From: Balanoglossus misakiensis
Taxonomy: Eukaryota; Animalia; Hemichordata
Direction: 5' to 3'
NCBI GenBank assembly: GCA_040954595.2
Contig: CM082593.2
Coordinates: 5,473,434-5,537,433, forward strand
Length of the DNA stretch: 64,000 nt
The notes beneath the pieces were generated by a model. It ran no database searches. It saw nothing but the letters and a program-made list of their open reading frames with translations, and had not been told where the DNA came from. Shown here one piece after another: positions 39,017-52,200 of this stretch. The stretch's first letter is position 1. Each line of letters starts with the position of its first letter. The translations under genes and the position numbers were made by a program.

Positions 39017-42000
39017 ATCATACAATGTTTCTACATCCACTGGAATAGTGAGTGGACACTCAAGGCAGTCCGATGATTGGGTACTTGAAGTGTGTTGAGT
39101 GCTTAGCTGTAACGCTGGCAGGCTAGTACCTCGGGGTTTGGCGGTCAACGTTTGACAATTCCAAAGTGGGACATCTTGTTTCTTATGGGCTTGCACTGCA
39201 CTGCGCTGCACCCAACCATGGAATGTGGGCGAGTGATTGGTTGGTTTGCGAGTTGATCGGTTGGCAAAATTGACGGATGGCTGACGATCAGCTGGATGGA
39301 TGGTTTGAGTCCGTAATAGGCCATAGACAAAGTAATGGATGGTCGGCTGAGGTATGCTTGTCAGTTGGTTTAGGCGAGTGGACAGTTCATATTTAACAGT
39401 TGGCTAAATGTGAGTGGTGGGGGTGTACTAAACAGATAATTTGTTCTGTCACCTAGCTTTGCATGCACTTGTTGATTATACAGATACTGTCTTCTCTTTT
39501 GGGTCATCTGTGTAAAATATACACAACTGTGTTCTGTTTACTGGATTGGAACGCTGTATTACTTTGTCTAGTCTGGAAATCTAGGTCCACGAGGTCCAGC
39601 CCTGTGAACTGGAAATTCACAGTCAGTCTCTCACACTCAATGTTTAAACTTGGGGATGTGACTTTCTGTTATATTTGATGCTACACTCCTCTCTGTGTGA
39701 TCAGAGTGCACACTTCCAGAAGTCGAAAGGATTGATTCCAAACCATGGCTCATCCCATAACATTTCAAGCTTCATTGCTGCCATACCCACCAGGTGGTCA
39801 AATCTGCCTGCTGATTGGCCAGTGTAAAGTGCTTCTCGATGATGATTGGTCAGAAGATCCAGATGCACCATTTCTGTACCAGGACGTCTGCACTCTAGCA
39901 CTAAAAATCAGTTTTTGACATATACACACACTCCACACACGGTTATGGTGCTCTCCTCTCCAGAAACTCTCTCATATAAACTGCCTATTTAGTTTAATAG
40001 TTTCCCCAAACTTATTTACGACGCTGATTAAGTCTTTTTCGGCGGAGCTGTCACATAACCTTGTGTGACATGAACCAGGGCAAAGTACCACGGCCATCTT
40101 GGGCTTAAAATTCAACACTGACCCAGCAAACTAACTGTCGAGCAGCAACTGGAGGCAAAGAAACAGAATTTAGCCAAAGTCCTGGCAAGGCGAGCCTGCA
40201 AAAATCTTGTTTAGTCTAGTATTTGTGGACTTAGCTACAGTAAATTCTGGAGCACGGTTATAACACATTACACGGAATCCTCTTCAGCCCGACCTGTTTA
40301 CTGTAGCAACCTCCATTAAGATATTGAATTCACTAACAGGGGAGTTCGGTTGCTTGCCACCCAGAGCAGCTGATCTCTGTGTTTTGGGGGAGATTATGCT
40401 TTTACACGGCTTTGCCTGCCAGAGACGCTGACCCGAAACTGCCGTACGATGTAAACTACAAGGGCTCGGCGAAATCGCGGCGCTCAACCCAAGCACTCTG
40501 GTGAGCTAGGGTGTTTTTTCCTCCCCGACCAGATGATCATCGTCTGTCGACGACTACGAGGGAAAACCCTCTGTATCAGCAATATTAAAAGGTTACTATA
40601 AACTTTGATAACAGATACACTACAAATGAACGCTCCCCTTTGTAGGACCACTCGTGGGGTGTTTCGGTTCAAAGTTACAGTAACACAGAAATGTCGACTG
40701 GAATACCACTGGTATTCATCATCAGGCTCAGAATGAAAACATTCCCGTATTTTCTCACCAAATACAGTGGTTTTCCCACTCAACACTTGAAGGCAAAATT
40801 GGAGAGCAGTTCATAAATAAATTGGGGCATGACGCTGTCATTAACCAAGATCAAGCAGATCTTATAAAAAATTACCCATTTAAAAAGTCAGAAGAGCTCT
40901 AGAACTGAAGCTTTAATTTTATCAGTCGATAACTCCTATCACAAATCCTTCCACACTCATTAGATAAACTGAAAAAATGGCTCTTTACGTGGTAATCATT
41001 CTCAAACCTTCTGCGCTCTATCAAATTGAACAAACCCAGTTCATAAATCCTTCAAAGCTCTGGCAGAGATGAAATAGGCCACCTCATTGAAATTCCTCAG
41101 GCTATAACTCTGGATTACAGGCATTGAGATCAGCACTGTATCAGTGTTTACCAATGTTCCGATAGAAGCAATCAAAGTGTAATAAGAGATAAGAGATAAC
41201 AAACTATCAAACTGCTAACAAGGTGTCAAGTGTGCAATAACCAATCATTATGGGTTTCCCGGTTGTCAAGTAGGCTCGACGAGTCTTTCAGGTATAATTG
41301 GCAGAGACACTGTCGATCTTTATAAATTAGTACCTGATATATTTTAATACTTCCTTTTAAAGCTATGTTCAAGGTTTACATTACCCAGCATACATGAAGT
41401 TCGGGTGTAAAAGATATCTTGAAGTTGACGACAAAAATTTCCTCGATATCTGTATTCTGGAGAGAAAACAAGAATTTTTGCAACAAGATAGCTGTCCAAT
41501 TCAACAGTATGGCTGTTTTAAAGGAGACTGATCAGAATTAACTTCTAGTCTGAGGTAGTAACGTCACTGCATGATGGTTTCAAATTTTACATTGATCAGA
41601 AAACACAGTCATAAATTGACACAAGTACAGTGCGATAGATTCTCACGGTAGCTATTCCTCAGCTTCCCAGTACCTGTTCACACATGTGTCAAACTAAATT
41701 CATCACTTCGTACTCAGGGGGAAGGTGCTAGTCAAAGTACATCACTGACAACAATCACGAGATTTTCCAGTGGCCTATAGCTTCTTCAAAAAAGGCATTC
41801 TCAAACTCACAACTGATCCGCTCAGCATACTTTCCGGATCGAGAAAAAAAAAAAAAAAAACACAATATCTCGTACGCTACTCAGCTTTCTGGCATATAAG
41901 CTGATTTTCGCGTTGTGAACCCTCTAATCCCATTTCCCTGGGAGTATAGTTATTCATGATTTGAAGTGGTTGGCAAAAGGAGACCAATGTCCAATGCTAT

Positions 42001-45000
42001 CAGACAAGCTTTGCAGATTCTTCCCTTTAGAAAACCAGGATTGCCTATCAGCAGTAAGCTCCTTGGCGCTTAATCCTTCATCTAACCGTCTCACAATCGC
42101 CACATTTCCAGACGCCGCGTGATTATTACTTGACCTATAACTTGCCGGTTTACGAAAAAAATATCCTTTCTGGGAGTGTTTTTATTCAAACTACATGTGC
42201 CACAAAACGTCGATAGGGGCAGTATAGTCAGAAGACGGAAGTCACTCACTTCAGTTTCACTGTCTGTTGACACAGCTAATTTTCTGTTTTCTTTGCTATT
42301 GACTGGGGACCGATTACACGAGCAAACACGGTAATCGATCGAAATCCGTCGATTCTGCGAGGAGAGAACGCCGGCGCGCGAAAAAGCTCCGAGATTCACA
42401 CCATTCTTCCAGGCACAAGAATGCATGTCAACAAATTCCCAGACGTGTAATTAACTCCAATGGCGTGCGGAATTGGAAACCCGGGTTGGCCCCATTGACA
42501 CCCGGCAGATTGAACCTTTGTCACCATGGCGATTGTTCCAGTGCGCGGCCATTCACTGTTGTCCGCCGCGCAATATTGAATTGCTTTACAAAACTGCTAC
42601 AGTGTGAAAATGGATTGGTATTATCGAACCAATGAAAATCAAACAAGGGCAACTTTTCCGGTACTTGCAAAGTGCTTTATTAGGGCTAATCGCTTTATTC
42701 CTCTCTCTCGAACTCCCTGCTTTTGCCGAGGACTTTACAACAGAGTCTTGCAAACCCTCCGCTTAATTAAACAAACCCGGGGCTTTTGTGAAGCACACCA
42801 GCTCGAGATTTGTGATATTCTCCACGGTTTAATTACGCCAGATCACACACGTAAACAACAATCAGACTGATACGCTCTTTATATTCATACTTCATTTACG
42901 GCGAGAAACTTTAGCAGTAAACACCTGCACTGAACGTAAACACCTCGTACTGAGCATCTTTTTCCGCGTGAAAACAGCAAAAAACGCGCGCCGTCGGCTT
43001 TTTGGCCCCTGTGGCAGCTGTCAAACATACTTTGTGCGAGTCTCAAGAAAAATAATGCTGTGAATGTATTTAAAAAGACGGAGGAGGGAAAACCATCCCA
43101 TCACTATCTGGATAACACTAGGCCCCGGACGGATAAAAGGGAATGTAAATTTTTTCCAGATTTTCCAGATGCTCCGTCAGGAGTACTAGTTGAAGGCCTT
43201 GGGACTGGCGGATGGAATGAAGCATGTTAATGGGTCCTGGGATATATTAAAAGTAAAAAGCCATCTTACATCGTGATTTGTTGTACAGCACTAGTTTCTC
43301 TCACAACAAAAAACATCCATTATGCCCATTAGGGGTGTGGCCCTAGTTAAAGGAACAAAATAGTTCACTTTTCACATTTTTTTGGTTATTTCTGTTTCTT
43401 GTTTAGGTTAATCTGTACACTGTACTTTTTCATGACATCCATCTGAGAGAAGCAGACCTAATTATTGTTTCAGATTCTTGATTTGCATTAAAAGCTTAGA
43501 CTGTCGATGACATATCGGTTTTGGCTCCACGCTGTGAAATCCTCTTTTTCACATGACGGCTCTTAATCTTTTTATCAGCCCTTCACGTTGTTTCTCCTCC
43601 CCCGACAATATGCATGTTCCACTGCATATTGTCTCCTAGAACTCCGACCTCAACTTGAGGCAGGTTGGCAAAATCCACTTTCACTCCATCTACATCAACG
43701 ATGCTGGAGTGTAACCACAACCATTTGAAACATTTCTGGCCCAAATATCCAAATGGCTCACAAAACCAAACCCTTGCATAGTTCTAACCCTAATATGGAC
43801 AGCCAACAAAACATGGTAGCTCCATTGCAACCACACTAATCTCGTCTGGGGAGTCTGGAGAAGGCACTGTGCTTTAGAAAACAGCCAGATTCTAATTGTT
43901 TCTGATCCGAACAAGTCACATGGGGACACACTCAGATTCTAGTGAGTCATGCAAACACATGCCTTTGCGAAATACCAGAAAAAGGGTAATGTATCGTAGA
44001 GAATGTCCTCAAACCTCTTTGTAAAACCATTTATCAACTGACTTCATTCACGTGAAGTTGACCAGACGGTAAACTGAGGAACACTTTTCACAGGCCAATC
44101 ATTCCAGCTCTGAGACTAATGCTAACTCCAAAAACACACAGAAGTATAGAAGACCAGAAAGAAATGTGTCAATTACAGCTGATGCTAATCCAGTTAAGCT
44201 TCTATTTATATCAGACAGTTAAAAGATATTAAAACTAGAACTGCCTAAAGAACGTAATGAGAGACTGAGTCAAGACTCAGAATATTAATACTTTTATGTT
44301 GAGATGCATTTGAAGGTACATGTACAGCCAGATAAGTTTATAGGCAGGTCAATGACCCCTACTGGTATGAGTTCACCTCGGTTGGTGATTGCGTTCAGTT
44401 TCCTCGATGCATTTCATTTACCTGAACGGCCAGAGAAAGTTGTTATTTCTCGGAAACAACAGTAAGACTGACGCATGGCAGTACTGAAATAGACACACTG
44501 TATATACAACAGGGAGATATGATAGCCCTGAATCAACAGGCCAATATCAGATAGCATGTACCAGTCCTGAAGTCAGCCCTGCACTGACGTCAAAGTTGAA
44601 CACACAAAACCCACAATTAATATCATCACTGTCGTATATACACACACATAGGCAGAAACCCATCCAGGGGCTTTTCTTGAACTTTTTTCGCTCTTAATTT
44701 TTTACTGTTTGAGTTATGTTGTCGCCTTGGAAAAGTACACATTTTCTTCGCTCATTACATTGTCTTCAAGATGTAAAGGGCACTTCTGGGGTTATCAAGT
44801 CATACGTGGTGTACTAAAGACATCCAGACTTGTTATGATTTCAGTCGAGCAATATTTCTCGTTCGGATCAGCTACTATGATGCCGTACCGATGACATTTG
44901 AGTAAACTTTACGCAAATGTGAAAACTATGTGTATTTACGTATTCATGAGGAACTAGGACCTTGGAACCAATCAAATTTGACCAAACTATGCCATGCTCA

Positions 45001-46284
45001 ATTGCACATTGATGATGGTAGAATTTTTACAAAACTGAACATCATTCATTACATATGACCTGAATGAAACAAAATCAAAATCAATTAAAGCTGCAAGCAG
45101 CGTTGGGGGGGCACAAGCGGTTCCCATGGTGACCAGCAAATTCCACGGCTGTATCTGCTGGGGATACCGAGACATGGGAAAGTAGGTCAAAGGTCACCTG
45201 AGGTCACCCCAAATTTGGGCAAAAAAATTGGACCCCATACTAGTCTAGATCCAACAAAAAACCAGACCCCTAGCCCTATTGGTTCGCCTGCAATTAGGTA
45301 TGCACATAATTAATGAGGTCTTGTGTAAGACTCCATTATGTGCTCAATACCCATAACAGCCAGGGCTCTAACTGCTCTGGATGCTGAGATATGGGAAAGT
45401 AGATCAAAGGTCACCCAAGGTCACCCAAAATTAGGGCATAAAATTTTGACCCCAGACTGGGCCATGTCCAACCAATACCAGACCTCTAGCCCTATTGGGT
45501 AGCATGGAATTAGATATGCAGAAATAGGTCAAAGGTCATTGCCAAAATTACCAAAATATTTGTGTCATGTCCTGGCAGCATTGGTACCCATGTCCACAAA
45601 ATTCATGAATGTGGTGCTTTTACAAGAGGAGGTATGGGGAATATGCATATATAATTAGTTCTTTTAAAACTGGGTCAAAGGTCATGTGAAAATTGCCACG
45701 AAAAATTGTGACAACTTCCGGTCATATGATGACTCATATCCAAAAAAAGAATTTCCGTGCTGTCAACATTTTGGCTACAAAACAGAATTTTCATTTTTCA
45801 ATGGTTTTCCGAAAATCCAACATGGCCGCCATAATGATCGACCAATCACAGTGCGCTTCGCAAACTTGATAGACATAGGTTAGGTGACCACATATCCCAA
45901 ATCCCGAGAATCGGTAACCGCTGGTTCTGGAGAAGAAGATTTTTAAAGTTTTAAGTATTTTTTAAGAAAAACAATTGTAGCAAAAAAACTTTATGTGTGA
46001 CGTCATGATTTCAATGGGGTAAAATGATGGACAGAAGGTAGGCTACCTGCACACCAAATTTGAACTCGATCGGCCTTGTAGTTTTTGAGTAGGACTCATT
46101 TAACGGTTTTCAGGAAATCCAATATGGCCGCCAGGTCACATGACTAATTAAATATTCACGGGCCACTGCACGTCTACTCATTGGCCCCTATCACCCTACC
46201 AAGTTTCAGCCCCCTAGGTGCTGCGGTTTTCCAGATCTACCTGGCCGAATTTCTCGGAAGAAGAAGAAGAATAATAATAATAAT

Positions 46285-49230
46285 AATTAAAGCTGCAAGC
46301 AGCATTGTCCGGGCCCAAGCTCTATTATCTGGTCTGATTATTAGAAATGCACATAATTAATGAGTAGAAACATAATGCTGTGTTTTATCCCATGAAATAT
46401 CAAGGTTATATCTATGTTTGGTGTTGATATAGTGTTAAGTAGGTCAAAGGTCACCCAGAGGTCACCCACAATTTGGGCAGAAAATTTTGACCCATAGTGG
46501 TCCATGTCCAACAAAAACCAGACCTCTAGCCCTTTTGGTTAGCCCGGAATTAGGTATGGACATAAATAATGAGTTAAGCAGGTGTCACAGGTGACCCAAA
46601 ACTTTGGCTTTTCATTATGGCCCCATACCTCCAAACGCCAAGGCTGTATCTGCTGTGGATGTCGAGATATGCAAAAGTAGGTCAAAGGTCACCCGAGGTC
46701 ACCCAACATTTGGGCAAAATATTTTGACACCATAAAGGTCCATGTATAAAAAAAACAAAACCTCTAGGTCTATTGGTTCATCTGTAATTAGGTATGTGCA
46801 TATTTAATGAGGTCAGCAGAGGTCAAAGGGGTCACGAAAAGTAGCAAAATTATTTGATCACATACAAATCCTCATACATCAAAAACCAAACTTATAGCCC
46901 TATTGGTTAGCCTGGAATTAGATATGCAGAAAAAACGATGTGTCAAAAGTAGGTCAAAGGTCATTGCCAAAATTACCAAAATATTTGGGGTAGGTCCTGG
47001 CAGGGGTGATACCAATGTGCACAAAAATCAGAACTCTGGTACATTTAGAACAGGTAGTATGAGCTATATATGCATATATGCAGGTTCTTAAAAAAGTAGG
47101 TCAAAGGTCATGTGAAAATTGCCAAAAAATTTGCAACATATTCTAGTCATATGACGACTCATATTCACAAAAAGAATTTGTATGCTATCTATTTTTAGAC
47201 TAGAAAAATGATTTCTTAATTTTCACTGGTTTTTACAAAATCCAATATGGCCGCCATAATCTTTGACCAATCACAACGCTCTTCGCAAACTTGATAGACA
47301 TCAGTTAGGTGATGTCATACCCTAAATCCCATGACTCGGTTATTGCCGGTTCTGGAGAAGAAGATTTTTGAAGATTTTACTGTACTTTTTCGAAAATCCA
47401 ATATGGCGGCCAAGGTCACGTGACCGCTCAGGATTTTATTGTCAATTTTTGAAGGGCAGAGGACATGTGTACCATACACCAAATTTGAACTTGATTGGCC
47501 CTGTGGTTTTTGAGAAGAAGCCATTTAAACATTTTCAGAAAATCCAATATGGCCGCCAGGTCACGTGACTAATTAAATATTCACAAGCCACTGCACATCT
47601 ACTCATTGACCTTGACCACTGTAGCAAGTTTGAGAAGTGTACCTGTAGCCGTTTCAGAGATCTAGGAGAGCAAAGATTGACATAAGAATAAAGAAAGATT
47701 AAAGCTGCAAGCAGCATTGTCCGGGCCCAAGCTCTATTATCTGATCTGATTATTAGATATGCACATAATTAATGAGTAGAAACATAATGCTGTGTTTTAT
47801 CCCATGAAATATCAAGATTATATCTATGTTTAGTGCTGATATAGTGTTAAGTAGGTCAGAGGTCATCCACAGTTTGGGCAGAAAATTTTGACCCATAGTG
47901 GTCCATGTCCAACAAAAACCAGACCTCTAACCCTTTTGGTTAGCCCGGAATTAGGTATGCACATAAATAATGAGTTAAGCAGGTGTCACAGGTGACCCAA
48001 AACTTTGGCTTTTCATTATGGCCCCATACCTCCAAACGCCAAGGCTGTATCTGCTGTGGATGCTGAGATTTGCGAAATTAGGTCAAAGGTCACCCGAGGT
48101 CACCCAACATTTGGGCAAAATATTTTGACCCCATACTTGTCCATGTATAACAAAAACAAAACCTCTAGGTCTATTGGTTCATCTGTAATTAGGTATGTGC
48201 ATATTTAATGAGGTCAGCAGAGGTCAAAGGGGTCATGAAAAGTAGCAACATTTTTTGATCACATACGAATCCACATACATCAAAAACCAAAATGATAGCC
48301 TTAAAGGTTAGCCTGGAATTAGATATGCAGAAAAATGATGCGCCAAAAGTAGGTCAAAGGTCATTGCCAAAATTACCAAAATATTTATAGCTTATTCTTG
48401 GCATATGATGATTCATATCCATAAAAAGAATTTCTGTGCTATCAATTTTTAGGCTAGAAAGGGAATTTTTACTTTTTAATCGTTTTTCACAAAATCCAAT
48501 ATGGCCGCCATAATCTTCGACCAATCACATTCCTCTTCGCAAACTTGATAGACATCTGTTGAATGACCACACACACAAAATCTTGTGACTCGGTTATCGC
48601 CGGTTCTCGAGAAGAAGATTTTTGAAATTTTACTAGGGTTTTTCGAAAATCCAATATGGCCGCCATAATCTTCGACCAATCACAATGATCTTCGCAAACT
48701 TGATAGACATCAGTTAGGTGACCACATACCCCAAACCCCATGTCTCGGTTATCACCGGTTCTGGAGAAGAAGATTTTTGAAATTTAAGCCAGATTTCAGA
48801 AAAAAAATTGTAGCAAAAAAACTGCAACATTGACAGCATAATTTCCAATTACAAAAATGATGGGCAGGAGGTAGTCTACCAGCATGCCAAATTTGAAGTT
48901 GATCTGACTTGTAGTTTCTGAGATCTGAGATTTGCATTTTTTTAGAAAATCCAAGATGGCCGCCAGGTCACGTGACTAATTAAAAATTCACAGGTTCAAT
49001 GCACGACTACTCATTGACCTTGACCACTGTAGCAAGTTTCAGAAGTGTACCTGCAGTGGTGTCTGAGATCTAGAGCGACAAAGAATTGACACAAGAATAA
49101 AGAAAGAAGAAAGAAAGAAAGAAAAACCCCAACGAAACCAATAGGGCCCAAGCGCTGGCTTGCGCTTGGGCCCTAAAAAATTCCAACGAAACCAATACGG
49201 GCCCAAGCCTGGCTTGGCTTGGGCCCGTAA
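46285..49230 (-). mobile_element. Middle HINE-like element (B), inserted in the microsatellite of A
   Basis: Left end AATTAAAGCTGCAAGCAGCATTGTCCGGGCCCAAGC; right hairpin TACGGGCCCAAGCC-TGGCTT-GGCTTGGGCCCGTA (49196-49229). Confidence 0.72.
47698..49176 (-). mobile_element. Inner intact HINE-like element (C), inserted in the microsatellite of B
   Basis: Same left end as B and highly similar to B over about the first 700 bp; internal ~155-bp duplication (about 48491-48780); right hairpin TAGGGCCCAAGCGC-TGGCTT-GCGCTTGGGCCCTA (49142-49175). Confidence 0.75.
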
Positions 49231-52200
49231 TAATAAAGAAAAATTCCAACAATAACAATGGGGGCACAAGCCGCCTGAGGGCGCTTGTGCCCCCAACTAA
49301 AAGATTTACCAAATATGAATTTATTCCAATCTTTTCCGCTATTATTCCATACTACTTTTTTAGTCACTGGAAATGTCTGGCATGTATCAATCACGCACGG
49401 TTCCTGAACTGCGGAACGCTTGTTAGCAGAGACTTTGAACGTAATATTGGAAGCAGCAGGCCGTAAGACGTGTATATGGGCGGCCAAATTGCTAACAAGG
49501 AATTCTCGGGCCATGACAGACAATTAGAGATCAACAGAGCAGACAAAATTGGCCGGTTTCCATGTCCAAGTTCTCAAAACCCAGCCGGCGAGACTTTGCA
49601 CCCAGATGTCAGATGGCAACGTGCCAACTACGGGGAACACACTGAGAGTGTGTCAGGCTGAGGACGTCGGACGAAAACAAAATTTCAAGATGGTATGAAT
49701 TTCTTTCGCTCGACCTGCTGCCCATTTTGAGCAAAAAAAACTGTGTTCGGGTACACCCCTGTAAAAACTGTAGACTTTTTATTTTGTTTCAAATGATCGC
49801 AATGTGTGGTGTAGTTTACGTTTTCACGCACAATGTTCATTTCACACAGTTGAACTTTTTCACTTGCGGGATGTAAATCAGAGGAACGCGATGAAAGAAC
49901 CACGCACGGTCTTTTCCATGTTGCCATCAATATCAGATGACAAGCACAAATAAAAGCGAGACAAACATTTCTTTTTTTCAGTTTACACCAGAATAGTCCC
50001 AAATTCTACACTTCACTGCCGCAGGTGAGTATCTGGCTCACACAAACAGGTGCTTGCCACCGATACATCGGTCGCACGTCAGCGAAATGTCACCAAAGGG
50101 ATTTCTCGTGGGATTTCGGCCGAAACCAGCGGAACCCAAGAAGTGGTCAAAATCCCCGAAATATGAACATGAAAGAAAGGTTAGCGTGACTGGTGAATGA
50201 TTTCAACCCATGACCAATGTTGCATGGTCAGTTGCTCCAACAAACTGAGTCGGCAGGTGAAAAGTTGTTAGATTAACCCCCAGGCATCCCCCCCCCCCCC
50301 CTCACGGGTAATTGACCATATGTAACCTGGCAGCTCGGACTAGCGCAGAGGACAGTCCATGCAGACATGCATCAGTAGGGAGGCTGGGTACGTGCCGTGC
50401 TTCGAATTTAGAATTCCCATAAGAACAAGATGGTGTCTTGCTTATTCAAGAAACCTGTAAAATCTACGGAAACCATCATTCATTAGATACAAACTTCTTC
50501 TGAGGAATACTAAATTGAAATCATACGCAATCTGGTACAACATTTAGGCAAAATTTGAACAATTTAGCCATGAGAAACATTTTACTGGTCCACACGCATC
50601 CCTTTTTTCCAGGAAACTGACCATCAGCAGTATTCTCATAACCACATTTTGTATTTCTCATTACATTTGACATGAAAACGTCCCTCAGCCAAGCATCTTG
50701 TAAATAAAAAGTCGCATAAAGTCAGAATGTGTATGCAATGGCCGACGGCGTAAAATCCAGGTCGAACATATGATCCACAAAAGACGAAAGGAGAAGAATT
50801 TTCTGTGACCGTACTGTTCCACGCATCAGTGACTCAGCCCCCTTTGAAAACCTGGAGGAAGCATCAAATGCCGGACTCTGTAGACGTTTCCACTGATATT
50901 AAACAGGAAGTCAGGAACTACATTTTTCCGCAAATCCCCACGGATACGCTAATCACAGTACGGCCCGACTGTTTACTCGGTAGAGAGCCACCAAAACAGG
51001 GGGAATCTCTACAGCGAAATGACAATTATATACATTGTTACATTCCAGTGTGTAAACAGTGAGATATTTCTCTGTGAACTGTTGGAGCCATTTAGGGCCT
51101 CTTGACAGATGCATGTCAAGTGTGGAAGTCGTAAGTGGGAAAGATGTCTCTTTTACTGGTTCTACGCGGAGAACGTTTCTGTTCTTGGCCAACTTTGCCT
51201 GCGAGCAGGGCTGTGTTTTCTTAAAAAGAGGACCATGCAAGTAACGAATATATGCAGTCTGCAAAATGTAACACTTTGATATACTATGAACCACAAAATG
51301 TCAATAATTGGGTGTTGCCATGGTGATTGTCATATGCAAATACCAATGACAATTTTCACTGGTTGCAATTAAGTGATTGAGAAATGCTATGGTAGAATTC
51401 AAAAAGCAACATTTTAATGTGCAAATGTCCACTAAAATTATGAGTTGCTTCTATTTTGACGTGCAGATGCACTTATGAGTTGCTGAAGCTGATTGGCTGT
51501 TACACCCAAGGTGCAGTTGCAAATTTTCGGCCTGCATCTGAAAAACATCCAGCTTCAAAATCTTCCAAATCGACGACAAGGTTGATCACTGTCGAGTGAC
51601 ACGACCTTGTCCGTTCCGAAACCCCGAATGCCACCGTGTTCGAAACAAATCTGGGGCAGACACTGTGTCTCGGCCCCGAAGTTGGCTCTCGGATGCATTT
51701 GGAGACGTGAAAACAGGTCTGCTGTCAACACTCGAGTTCTGTGAGGTAGACACACACACACATCCAACGAACATACCATATCAACCGAAAGAATGTCACC
51801 ACACGCTGGGGCTGGGGTCCTTGAACGGCCCACACCAGTATCCCCTGCACTCCCCCCAATCTACACAGAAACGACAGAAGTCCCCACTTCCCGGTGACTT
51901 GACCATGGCTTAATGAAGGAGAAAAACACTACATGTATATGGACGCTATGTTAACATAGACATCACGTACACTCTTTTAATGAGACAATATAATTGTTAA
52001 ATTAACTATCGAAATTCAAAGCAGAATCACGTCCTGTTGTACATTCTACCCCAACAAACTACCATTGGACAGCCCTCCCTGTTTTGATAAACTCATTGTA
52101 CGGTACTTTAATCTAATTATAGACGCAAAATTCATCTTTTCAAAGATCATTTATTTAGACAAATTTAAAAATGCCCACTTAGAAGACATGAAGGCTATAA

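Larger units (their letters stand above)
45083..49298 (-). mobile_element. Outer non-autonomous Helentron/HINE-like element (A), split by nested insertions
   Basis: Left end: AATTAAA-GCTGCAAGCAGC hairpin plus subterminal GGGGGCACAAGCG (to 45119). Right end: 13-bp-stem palindrome 49259-49295 containing the inverse CGCTTGTGCCCCC. GAA/TAA microsatellite, internal subrepeats, no credible ORF, no obvious target-site duplication. Confidence 0.72.

Noticed and set aside
44987-49312. Short ORFs within the nested repeat (e.g. IMAAILDF-type peptides)
   Set aside because: Translations of non-coding subrepeats; no Rep, helicase, transposase or reverse-transcriptase motifs.
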